Source: Bugula neritina (taxonomy: Eukaryota; Animalia; Bryozoa). Taken from it: 64,000 bases of DNA. Below, piece after piece: positions 28,501 to 40,082 of this stretch (position 1 is the stretch's first letter; each line of letters opens with the position of its first letter). Both the position numbers and the translations under genes were made by a program. The notes below the pieces were generated by a model. The model saw only the letters and a program-made list of their open reading frames with translations. It was not told the origin of the DNA and made no database searches. The DNA is taken from positions 1,561,628 through 1,625,627 of the forward strand of contig OZ037771.1 in assembly GCA_964035545.1 (NCBI GenBank), written 5' to 3'.

Positions 28501-30851
28501 TCGTTAGAGTTGCTAAGTAAATTCAGTCTTGTTATCTTCAACATCTTAATTGCAGAAACTACCATATGCTTGACATGCTGGTTAAACATGAGGGGAGCCG
28601 AAGAAGCCGGTGAAGTAAGGAGCTGAACTAATGTTTGGAGACAAACCCCCCCCCCCCACTCACAGTTATGTCAAACACCTCGTGAATATTTGTAGCAGGA
28701 GAAGTTGTCTTCTCGAAAAATGAATCCTCTAACACCACACCAGAAATTATAGACTCCAGCTAGGAAAAACTCCACCTCTCTGCACCCAAGAACTGGCGAA
28801 TCAACCCTCAACAGCAGCAGCAATGATGTAAAAAATTGCATCTGAAAGTCTTTTTGTCCAATATTAAAAAATACTCAAATTTTGTTGTTTGTGGTGAAGT
28901 GGAACATTGATTTTAAAAATTCTTACCAATAGGGATTATGACTTCCTATAAACATGATGTAAGCAAAACAAACTGAGTTATAAAAGTAAGAAAAAAAGAG
29001 AGAAAAGTCTGAGTGGAGAAAGGGTGGAGCAGGAAAGGATAGTGGGATAATCTTCTCACGGATCTGATATTGTTCTCTAGCTAAAGTTTTTTTTATTGCT
29101 GGCCAGCAGAGTAAACAATGTCTTAATTTGACATGTTGCACTTTTTGCACTCAGCAGCACCGATGCATTATAGCAAATTAATCAATGGCGCTAGAAATAA
29201 ATTGTTATGCAAAAATTGCCAACACAAAAATACAAACAATTATACTAAACTCTAAAGCATCAATAATATCATGATGTGTATTGTAAAGGCCATAATTTGT
29301 GTCACATAAAAGTACCACTACTTATCAATAACAAACAAGGCAAAGTCTATCTATCATCAATGAGAATTGAATATTGTATATGATGTAGCTTTGATTCAAA
29401 ACCACTCTGGTAATCATGATTTCAGGGAAAGATTTAATGAGATATTTAAAAACAATTCACTTTTAATTATCACCTAATTTCTAAGGAATTAGAAATGAAA
29501 TGCCAACAAATGGCTATTTTTAGAATGAAGCAACAGTTTACTTCTAATTATTATTAAATTTCATCATAGCAAACAACAATCACGTCCAAGTATATCAATC
29601 TTATGAAATAAAGTGTAATTACTTGCAATACAGAAAAGCGTATGTTCCAAAAAATAGAAACAACTCAAATTCAAATCAGAAAGCAACTAAGAAACTAGGA
29701 CATTGTGCAGTGGAAAGTGCCAGAAAGAAAAGAAACACATACCTGTTGTTGAGATGTTTAACAAACTTAAGCATCCTTACTAACTGACCGTCCTACTAGC
29801 TCTGCCAGAGAGCAGGGAAATTGGTACGGGACGTTAAGTTACTGCAGAGTTATAGAGAAATAATCCAGAGGATTAGAGCAAGGAAGCTCATGCAGAAGAA
29901 AAACTTCCACATTGTGGCATAATTAACCAACCACTTCTAGCTCCCATCATACCTCCATTTAGCATTGAATTTACCAGGCTTTAATTGAATTTTCAATTTG
30001 TTGTTATAATCCTTGCATTATCACTCCAGCTATTTAGACAATGTTCAATCACTTAAGATGAATAAATACCGCATTGTGTTCTGCTATATATAATCAATAT
30101 TTTCAACTCATGAAAATATAAATGTTTTACTGGTATTAGATGTGTACTCTATTATTGATCTGAACCTAATTAGTCTGAAATAAGATTACAACACGAGTGT
30201 GTGGAACAGATTTCTCTACTTAGTAAATTAAAGAATTAATTTGAAAAGATTCAACCAGGGATCTATTCATCCAAATTAAATTATATTCAAAGAAAATATT
30301 AATAGAGGAATAAATGAAAGTAATACATGTTGTAAATTAAAGTAGGTAAAACTGCTAGGATTAATTAACAGCTCTATGTGAAGTATGTCACAATGTTAGC
30401 ACATAATTAGCGGTCATCCATCATAATTCTAGTTTAATGAAAGTGGTAACAAATAGCCATACTACCTGTCTAGTCTTGTTAATTAGCACCACGGGGAGGC
30501 ACGAAATTGTGTTGACATTAATTTACTTATTTCCTCTATTTAGTCCAAACAACTTCCACAATGTTATTACCCTAAAATTTGGTCTGAGTCATGTAAGTTT
30601 ACTTCTAAGCTTTTCGGGTAACATATGTGATATGGTAAAGTTTTATTTTTATTCCTCAACATACCAATATTTGCACGATTTTGTTAAAAGAGGAGTAATG
30701 CTAAAATATGCCCATTGATATACTATAAATTAAGTCTTTTTGAAGTCTCCATTCCTGTAAAAACTTCTGACGGTCATTAATTGTGCTAAGACAAACAGGC
30801 AAAGAAGCAATTATGATTGAATGCCCTTTCTGATTTCACCAATAACTCTTT

Positions 30852-30911
30852 TGGGATTTAAACTCATGACCTTGTGATCACTATGTAAGTACTCTATTCA
30901 CTATAGACCAC
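30852..30911 (-). mobile_element. Possible decayed tRNA-derived SINE head
   Basis: Minus strand reads TGGTCTATAGTGAATAGAG...CAAGGTCATGAGTTTAAATCCC: degenerate A-box and B-box at tRNA-like spacing, with no intact cloverleaf. Confidence 0.35.
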
Positions 30912-31720
30912 TGCTTCTCCACACTTATAATATGCTGTAACTTTGTAGAAAAATGCTTATTCAGCTGAAAAACTAATTTGAAAAATGAAATTATTATAAA
31001 AGCTAGCAGCTTTTTCTTTACTCATTGCATGTACCAAACAAAACTTGTCGCAAATAAATATAGAGCAAGCGTGTCATTTGTCGAACTATTTATGAAATAA
31101 GAAAGACATTCAACTCTAAGACAGTTAATTACCTACAAGATTATAATGTCTCCTCTAAGCCAGAGCAAGCTTGACCGACTTTATGAGTTTCTTCTCCTCT
31201 CTCTTCTCTTAATGACCATAACATCGGAATTTATATTAAAAATAGCTAGTTTAATTTTATTACTAGTAAACTCACTAACTTTAGACAGGCTAATGAGAGC
31301 AACTGAGTAAGAGAAAACATAGAATTAGCTGTAAATGTTGAGTAATAAATTACGAAATGATTGAGATTATGTACCTATTAAACCACGCAGACGCCAGACT
31401 ACTGAATTAAACTCACTTTCTTCTATATTAACTGTCTGATGCATTGTCTTAATTAATTCACAAAAGTAATTAATTTAAAATAAATAATGGAATGCTTTTT
31501 AATGAAAACTTTTTAACTACTCACTGCTGTGCCTGGAACAAGAAAGTCAATTGCTAACAAGAGACCAACTGTAACAACTTTAGGCTGTGACCATTATAAT
31601 ATGTGTGGCATAGTTGCTCATATATTGTTGCATATGGTTCAATAGGACTTCATTGATTTCATGATTTAGAGCAGACAAATAATTGAAAATAGAATGGGTT
31701 TCAGTTTTTGTAAGCGAAGG

Positions 31721-31794
31721 GGAACTGAGAGGAACTGTGAGGAACTGAGAGGAACCGTGAGGAACTGTGAAGAGCTGTGAGGAACTGTGAGGAA
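31721..31794. repeat. 10-bp tandem repeat GGAACTGTGA, about 7 copies
   Basis: Seen directly. Confidence 0.9.
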
Positions 31795-34700
31795 TGATGG
31801 CTGTAGCAGACGTATGTTCCAGGAAGTCATGAATAAACCAATGTTAGCCTATCTGATGATTTTTGTTGGATTTTCACAATTCCAAGTGTTACTTAAATGA
31901 TAATCACTTCCACCCACTATAATATTCAACCAATGAATAATGATCAACATTAGTGTTTGAAAACTAAAGTTAAAGGAGTTGCCTTCTCTATACTAAACCA
32001 AAAATGTCATGTGCAAAAGACTGCATTGTATTCTATCCTGTAGCTGTAATAAGAGTGAAAGCACTTCAGGATTTCATCTTTGATGAAACTTATCTAGGTA
32101 AAATTTACCTAATAACTTCTCTTCCAGCCAAATTATTAAAACATTTTTTTAATTACTAATCACCACTCAGACACAAATCTCAGTCTTATAATCAAATGGA
32201 ATGATGTTGTTGACTTTAGCACCAACTAGATGAACATATATCAACAATTTCTCACCGAGTCTTGCTTTAGGCATGAATAAGTTACAATCCAGCAGTGTCT
32301 ATGAGCATATTATAAAATTAGAAACTTGACTTTATATTTTAGTTAGAATTGAATCCATGAACAAACTATTATAGAGGTAAACTAAAAGCATTTTTAAAAA
32401 TGAAGTCTTTTGAAAAAATACACAACTGCTATTTACCATAATTACCTCCAGGCAATCACATAAACTTTAATTTCATTCCAAGGGGCAACTACTACTAAAT
32501 TGTATTGAAATCTTGCATGGTTTCAAGTAATTGGCAGCATATACTAAAAAGGTTTGCACCTGATCACAGTCTGCTTGGTTATTTAAAAAATTATGTTTGG
32601 GGTTAATAAAAGTCACAGATATTAGGATTATCAAGAGAAGGGAATGTTAATTCTTAGGTAATGTAAGATTATCCTTTTTGTGGTAGCAAACCACATCATA
32701 TTTATATAGATCGTTAATCCCTGCTAATAACTCGCAGTGACATCACGTAATGGGTCCCAAAATAACTTGCTTATAGATTATCATCTCCACTTAGCCTTCT
32801 GATGTCTATTTAGAAGTTGGGTGGGTCACCAACTGTCTAGAAATTATCTCATGACAGAAAACTGTCCTTGTGGGTGGTAGAGGACCATCTCGCACTCTCA
32901 CACCGGATTTGAGTAAAGATTTTTTATCAGCCAGCCACAAAAACCTGGCAGATTCTAAATCTTCAGCCGCAGGATACCAGAAAGAATGTGCAACAAGACT
33001 ACTTACAATGTGTGTCGCCTCCTCATTCTTAACACGACGTCTGCTAGCAAAACTTAGCTATGTTTGTAGCAAAGACCTTAGCAGAAGCAAAAATGTTATA
33101 ACTTATATATCAACCAGTTTTATACTATACCATACTGTCACATTATTATGTTAACTGCCAGTTTTCGATTACCCAAACATGAACAAAATCAATTATAGGA
33201 CTGAATTTTTCAATTGCTGCACATGAATGGTCGTCATTGTATTAATTTGTACCGAAATTATAATCTTTAAATTGTATCAGAGTCTAGGATCTGTATACTA
33301 TGGATTGAATAGCATGAGCTATTAAAGAGTATAAAGGGATATTACATACCCTTGGGTAACAAAACAATAAAGTAACCTAACATGAACAATACTCTCGCTA
33401 ATTAACCAGTGTTGAGCATATCAAATATTTATATTGTTATTACTAACATACACACATAATACTATTACTTTTTCATAAAGTTCAATTATGGAAATTCTTA
33501 TGTCTTTGTTTAGCTTGCAAGGTGAAGGTCAGGTTATTTTATGTACTATCCTTAGATACAGATATTGTTTGGTTCATATAGAAGTGTTCTTGTAATTTAA
33601 AAAACGAATTTATTTTGTCATATTTGTGAGGTAGAAACTGTGCTATACACCAAACCCAATACCATGCTAGTAATAGTAATCAAAATAACTTCAGTATGTA
33701 AGACAGCCCATCTATAATCTACTGAACTACACTATTGAAAAAGCATATGAAGGGCTACATAACTTTTTGGCAAAAAGAAAACAGCCAAGATATTGCCACT
33801 TCACCACTTTGCACAGTGCAACTTAAATTATATTCAAGAGCACTCTGAAACAAAGTGGTTTCATAACTCCAAAAACGCAATTGTTTCTGTATTACTTCTT
33901 ACTGCATTGTATTATGGAAAAATTATATGTGATACACACTTACAAAGTAAACCTAAAACATTTTGACACCAAACTGAATGTAGAGAACTTGAACAAGTTT
34001 GTGTATAGTAACAACGCTTAAATTTCCATATACACAGTTTTATATTTGCCAATTAAAAATTAACAAACAGAAACTATTTTTCTGTATATACATAGAAGTG
34101 TGCATGCATACAGAAATATTGTCTAAACATTTCATATACTAGCTGCAGGGTGTGTGACTTTATGTAAAGAGAAACTGAGTGTTTGTTCAACAAGTAAACT
34201 CAACGTGTGAGAGAAATATGAGTGTTCTAGTACTTTCTTTCGCACAGACTTGATAAACTAGCTGTCTATCAACGCCCACATGCCATGCTGTTTGTTTGGT
34301 GTCAAATAATCGAACCACTTTAGTGCAGCACTCGTGATGTAACCAAGACAACAGGTACATAAGTTTCAGGAGCTAATAGAGCACAACTCCTAAGTGCAAA
34401 GTAAACTACTGTACTTCTTGATTTTATTTTAGTAAAACTGAAATATATTGTACGAGTATTTAGCTGGGATGGTATTGATTAGTTTTCAGCTACAGAGTTT
34501 ATGTGATGCAAGATGTTTCTTCAATAACCATGTGCAGGTAGTATTTTACCAAATATACTCTCCTAAAATGTTATTGCGCCTTTGCACTATTAAATAAACT
34601 GGTTTTAAAATATTAGAGTCCGATTCAATAACGCTGAATTATAAACAAATGTTTTGCTTGAATTATTAAAAGATATGTTCAATTGTAATTTATTGATAAT

Positions 34701-35174
34701 TCTTAATAAAGTAAATGCTATAATCAGCAGTTTGTTTACTAACCTAAATTCAGAAAAATAGAATATATAGAACATATTGACGTTCACAAGAGCAGATAAA
34801 TCTATACATACAAAATACTGGCTACGAAAATGCTTTCTTAGGTGCAACATAGAATCATTATACATACAGACATATTCCTAGCAATTACCAGAACTAGAGT
34901 AATTCACACCACAAACAATCATATGAAAAATTACTTATTTTACAATTGCAACATACATTTAAATACCACACGAATATAAGATGCGCAAAGGTGTTATTTT
35001 TGAATATAGAAAACACTAGAAACAGTAATTTATTGACAGGTAAAGAGAGATAAAACTAATAACAGTATTGAGCTACTCTGTGTGTATATATAATAGATAT
35101 GAGCTACACAAAATCAATTTACTTGCATTTGTAAAATATTATTGTGCAAAAATAAATTCAAATCAAACACAAAA

Positions 35175-37469
35175 TCACTGGGACTTGGTGGTGGCATTAT
35201 AGACAGCTCCGAGGAGAGTTCCAGCTGCCAAGCCTAAGGCCCCTCCGCCAAGTACGCTGCTACCACGGGCCACGGCCGTGGCCACCCCTACTCCAGACAC
35301 AATGATAGAAGCTCGGTCTACTCTCACCTGACCCCTGTTATGACGGAGTCTGTAGGCGCGGTCAAAGTATTCGTAATCCATGTCCACATCTGGCTTCTGT
35401 AACACACAGAGAATGTTAAACAGTTCAAAGTTGTCTTCTCTTAGCTATGAGAAAAAAACTGGAATGCCATTTAGAGCAGCACATATTATAGAAGAAGTTG
35501 AGTGAAGAAAAGCTCAGCCTGTCTGTAATTTAGAGAGTGCTGAAATTGTTTAGAGGTTGATTAAAAAGTTCTTGTCTGGTAGTCTTTCAAACAGATATGA
35601 CTCCAAGCACCAAGGTATAGCAGAAGTGGCTATCTTATTCTAGAGTTTCTTTAACTTTAGCAAAATATCATGCCATAATTAGAACAAAACTAGAATAGTT
35701 TTAGTTTCACACTAGTAATAAAAATATAATTTCCTGAAACAGAAAATATCTTTAAGAACTAGTACTACGATTTAGGAACAACTGAAGTGGAACCTATAAA
35801 TGTTACTAAATAGTATTTCACATAATACTCAGCAACCCCATACGAAGTATGGCATTTAATAGAGAAGATATTTAATGGCTGACCTTAGAAGTGTTGCGCA
35901 TAGCTCCGTACGTAGCCAGCACTCCCAAGGGAGCTCCTATAAGCATGCCGTTCCTTGAGCCGTTCATGAGAGAGCGGGAGATGGGTCCAGTCTTCCTGAC
36001 GGCTGCGACGCCAGCTCCTATGATGGCTCCTACGATAGAGCCAGCTTGTTCCATCTTCAGCACTACATGGGTATACAACTCTCCCTACACACAAACCAGT
36101 CTCTGTGCAATACAACGTAGTGAAGGAGATCTACTGTACATATATACAGAAATACGTGAAGATAGTTTGCCTTTTTGCATTATAGAAAGCAGCTTACACA
36201 CACAACTAAGCTATAAAAGTTGATTTTAAAATATTGGAGCAAAATGTTGTTTAACAAAAATATTATGTAAGTAGAAATTAAACTTTTCATTATAATTTTT
36301 GCTCCTCCAATAATAAAATATGCTGGAGTTATGTGCACCATACAGTATTATCTTGCATAACCCTATATCTTTAAAGAGAAAACCCCAGGCTAAACATGTC
36401 ATCATAATCTTGATATATGCAAGGAGACGTACATTGAAGCCTAGTGGCTTACAACACCAGTGCTTGAACTGTCCACTGTGACAGGTGGCATTATGATTGA
36501 TAAATATTTCATCCAGGATATCCATGTTGGTAAGACTGTTATGGCCGGGCAATTATGAAAGATGAATCACTTATCATAACAAATTACCATATTTCTAATC
36601 TCTGTGAATTTCAAGTTGCATTATATATATTCTATCATCCGTAAGAGTTAGTGGGGATATTGAAGCAGGTTGTATATTATCTTCAAGTGATAGCAAAGTA
36701 ACATCCGAATGACAAACATACTTGCTCTTTTCAAATCAATTGAAACACAAAGAAATATAAAATATAGTAAGGTAGCTAAATTAAATTATATTGCCAACAT
36801 CGAACGCTTGCTTATAACTTTTGGCAAACAACAAAATACAACCAACAAAATTTCCTGCGACATCTGCAACTAGGTCTCAGCCAGGTGAGGTAAGCTTGCA
36901 GACAGTCTAATTGAATACCACTGCAATATTATCACAAAGTAAACAAGGAGTCTTCAGAAGAGATAAAGCTAATGAAAAGAGACTGTATAATGAAGCTGCT
37001 AGATCTTTATAGTAGAGCCCCAACCTATTCTAAATGTTTGTTTTTATATCAGATACTGAATAAGGTGCAGTACAAACATACTCTAAAAATAGGATGAAGC
37101 ATCAGAAAGATAAACAAAGTAAAAACTAGAAGTAAATTTAGTAGCACTGAGGTCTAACAAAGCCCACTATTTCCTCTCTAATAACACATGGGAAATTCAG
37201 CAATAAAAAACCCTAAAATTAAAGTACTACAGGCTACATGTGGTGAATGAATCCCAAGTTTATCTAAAGCTAAATTTGCTTTCAATCTGAATATCTGCTG
37301 GAGTTTGAAAGGCGATGCTGTAAAGCCTGTGTGATCTTCTAAGAAAGGAAATGAGCAATTGTGTTACCTGTGCGTGCGGAACTGATTTCATGCTTTCATC
37401 ATCAACTTCCATACCCACCACATTTCTTAAGTATGGGTACGACACAACTGGACTCGTCTCTCCTGCCAT
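35175..37469 (-). CDS. Small Gly-rich membrane protein, DUF1757-like, 174 aa, 3 coding exons
   Basis: Exons 37469-37368, 36084-35884 and 35396-35175, all phase 0 with GT-AG introns, total 525 nt. MAGETSPVVSYPYLRNVVGMEVDDESMKSVPHAQ/GELYTHVVLKMEQAGSIVGAIIG.../...DRAYRLRHNRGQVRVDRASII... The DRxYRLRxNxxQVRVDR motif is recalled from DUF1757 (not searched). Putative 5'UTR exon donor at 38469; AATAAA on the minus strand at 35029-35034. Confidence 0.85.
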
Positions 37470-37719
37470 TGTTACGGTTTCTAGAATGAAATAAAATTAT
37501 TATAATTCAAATGTCATCTTATTTTGTGCAATCCAAACAATCCAGTTAATCAGGTTTATACTTATTGCAGGTGAAATTAATAATATTAATAGCAATATCA
37601 ACACTAAGTTTGAATAAAAATGCAACGATGTAGATACTTTTGTAGGACGACATATCATGAGATAAGAGATTAAAATATAGCCACTCAAACATATGGGGTT
37701 TAGCATTATAATAATTATG

Positions 37720-38390
37720 GTAATTATTTGCATTACTACTATCAAGCATTATTGTGACAAGTTACAAGTAATACTAATAGTATTTGATGAAACATTATTC
37801 GTAATGATAAAAATGATCATACTCATAGACCATAGCATATCAGTAACCTAAGTTAACTGTTAAAGTACCGCGCAACATAAGTAAAGCTAAAGGTTAGCAG
37901 AACTAACAAAAGTAAAAAAAATTAAAATTAAGTGCACCACGTTCAACTACTACTAGCAATATCTCACTTTTTTGTATGATACTAATTACGGTAATAGTAA
38001 TACTAATAGCGTTAGCGTTACAGACCATCAATTCATCAGTCAAAGACTCAAAATAAATGTAATTATTTACACTTACACTTACTCTTAGTCTTACAGTTAT
38101 TATCATAGTGATAGTTGCATAATTAATATTATTATGCTGGTATTTCAATTTTGTTACCTGTACTTGTAGTTCACCAGATTTATATGTATGTCGTTGTATT
38201 TATATTATTGAAACAACCACAATTTAGAAGTTTAAGTTAAACTTAATCTAAATATTAAAGTTAATCTGTTTTTATTTTAATTTTTCGTGACGCTCACACT
38301 CAGTCTCACAGTCACACTGACACTGACCTGAGTCTGACTCGCTCATTATTTATTATTATAAGTTAAAGCTATTTGACATGCATGCAAATT
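37720..38390. repeat. Drifting 6-bp-periodic patch B (inferred first intron of the DUF1757-like gene)
   Basis: GTAATA GTAATA CTAATA GCGTTA GCGTTA; CTTACA CTTACT CTTAGT CTTACA; CTCACA CTCAGT CTCACA GTCACA CTGACA. Confidence 0.75.
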
Positions 38391-38469
38391 GCTATTTACA
38401 TGCTTGTTAATAAAATAACAACTACATCAAAAAATTGACTTAATTCATTTTTATTCTAACAGCACTTAC

Positions 38470-38972
38470 CAGATAAAAATTAAAATAGCCGTGATCTTTG
38501 ATAATAAATGGACGTTGAACCTTAGCTGCAAGATAGTAATGTAAACACAGTTAAAAAGCTTAAAAGATAAATCGCTACAATAGTTTACGGTTTGAAGTAT
38601 CCGCGTTGCTCTCCAAAGTTGACCGCAATAAGTATTATTATAATATTCTAGGTAACATAAAAAGCAATAGAATAGCTTTACTGCTAATAAATGTTTTGTG
38701 AAACGTGAATAGTTAATTTGTGCAAAATTAACCAATAATAGCAACGCTAACTAAAATCGCAAAGTTAGCGGTTCCCCTTGCACAAAGTCACAATAATAAC
38801 ATCGCATGTGAAAAGTTACATAACTGTAGACTGAACGTGAATGGCATTTTAATTTTAACTAGCCGTAAGTGGACATAAAAATTATTTATGAATAATTGCA
38901 TAGGTGGTTAGGAATAAACCATAAGACTTTAAAAGAGTAAAATATCTACTATCCAATCACAATGGCAATTCC
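38470..38972. promoter_or_regulatory. Probable bidirectional promoter between the DUF1757-like gene and POLH
   Basis: Divergent donors TCTG|gtaagt (minus, 38469) and CC|gtaagt / CC|gtaagc (plus, 38865 and 38973); locally more CpG; CCAAT at about 38953. Confidence 0.55.
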
Positions 38973-38984
38973 GTAAGCGTTAGT

Positions 38985-39780
38985 AACATTAAATTTTGAT
39001 TTTCACTTAATCTTCATCTTAATCTTATACTTGTACTTGTAGTTATAAGTTAATGTTATTACATTTACTTATAGTTATACTTATAGTTATAAGTTATTAG
39101 TATAAACTTATACTTATAGTTATTAGTATTACTATAACTATTAGTTATTACTATTAGTATTACTAATACTAATATTAATAGTGATTACTTAGTCATAAGT
39201 TGATGTTATAGTAATAGTTATTATGTAACACTAACAGTAACAGTAATTACTAGTTAATAATTATAAATTAGTATACTGCTACTCATAGTCATAGTGATAT
39301 ACTTATACTTATAGTGATAGTCATATTTATACTCATACTGATGCTGATGATACTCATAGTGATAGTGATACTGATCGTCATTGTCAATCATATTCATACT
39401 GATACTCTGTTACCCATAGGGCATAGTGATAGTGCCTGTGATAGTGTCATACTCAGACTGATACTGTATAGATAATTATTACATAGCAGTAAGCGTAGCT
39501 TTAACTTGAACTTTGAGTTCGAGCAGCGTAATTTAATTTTATATAACAGACTAAAACTAAGCTTTAGGCTTAAGCCATGCCCATTAAATTTAATCATTAT
39601 GATTGTGATTGTTATTATCATTGTGATGGCCTTTAGCATAACTTATATACACCTTTATTTTCTTTTGAAGTTCAAATTCAATTCGAAATAAAGAATTAAA
39701 ATGGCAATTGCATTGAGTGAATCATTGACAGTTACACAATCTCAATCACTCTGAGTATGAGAAACATGATTATCAATACG
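38985..39780. repeat. Drifting 6-bp-periodic patch C (inferred first intron of POLH)
   Basis: CTTAAT CTTCAT CTTAAT CTTATA CTTGTA CTTGTA GTTATA; ACTCAT AGTCAT AGTGAT; ACTGAT GCTGAT. Confidence 0.8.
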
Positions 39781-40082
39781 AATGTTATAATCACTTTTTA
39801 TCGATATAAATATGAATAATAATAATTAATACCATATATTGTATAATCAAGGATATCATAAATTTTTACAATGCAGTTTTTTATTGACATTCTTTAAAAT
39901 TAAAGTAAGTGACAGTATGACTTCCGTTTTCTAAAATATGATTTTCATTACAAATGGCTACAGATAAATCTTTGTAATTTGAATTTGGCATATTTAATAA
40001 AAATGTCTCAATTTTCGACCTGTTTAAACTGTTTTAGAGCTCAATTATTGAATTTTATACCAAGTTTAAAAACTCAGACAAA

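Noticed and set aside
37500-39691. Hydrophobic Ile/Thr-rich ORFs in the hexamer patches
   Set aside because: Period-6 AT-rich sequence yields short alternating-residue ORFs by chance; there is no exon structure.
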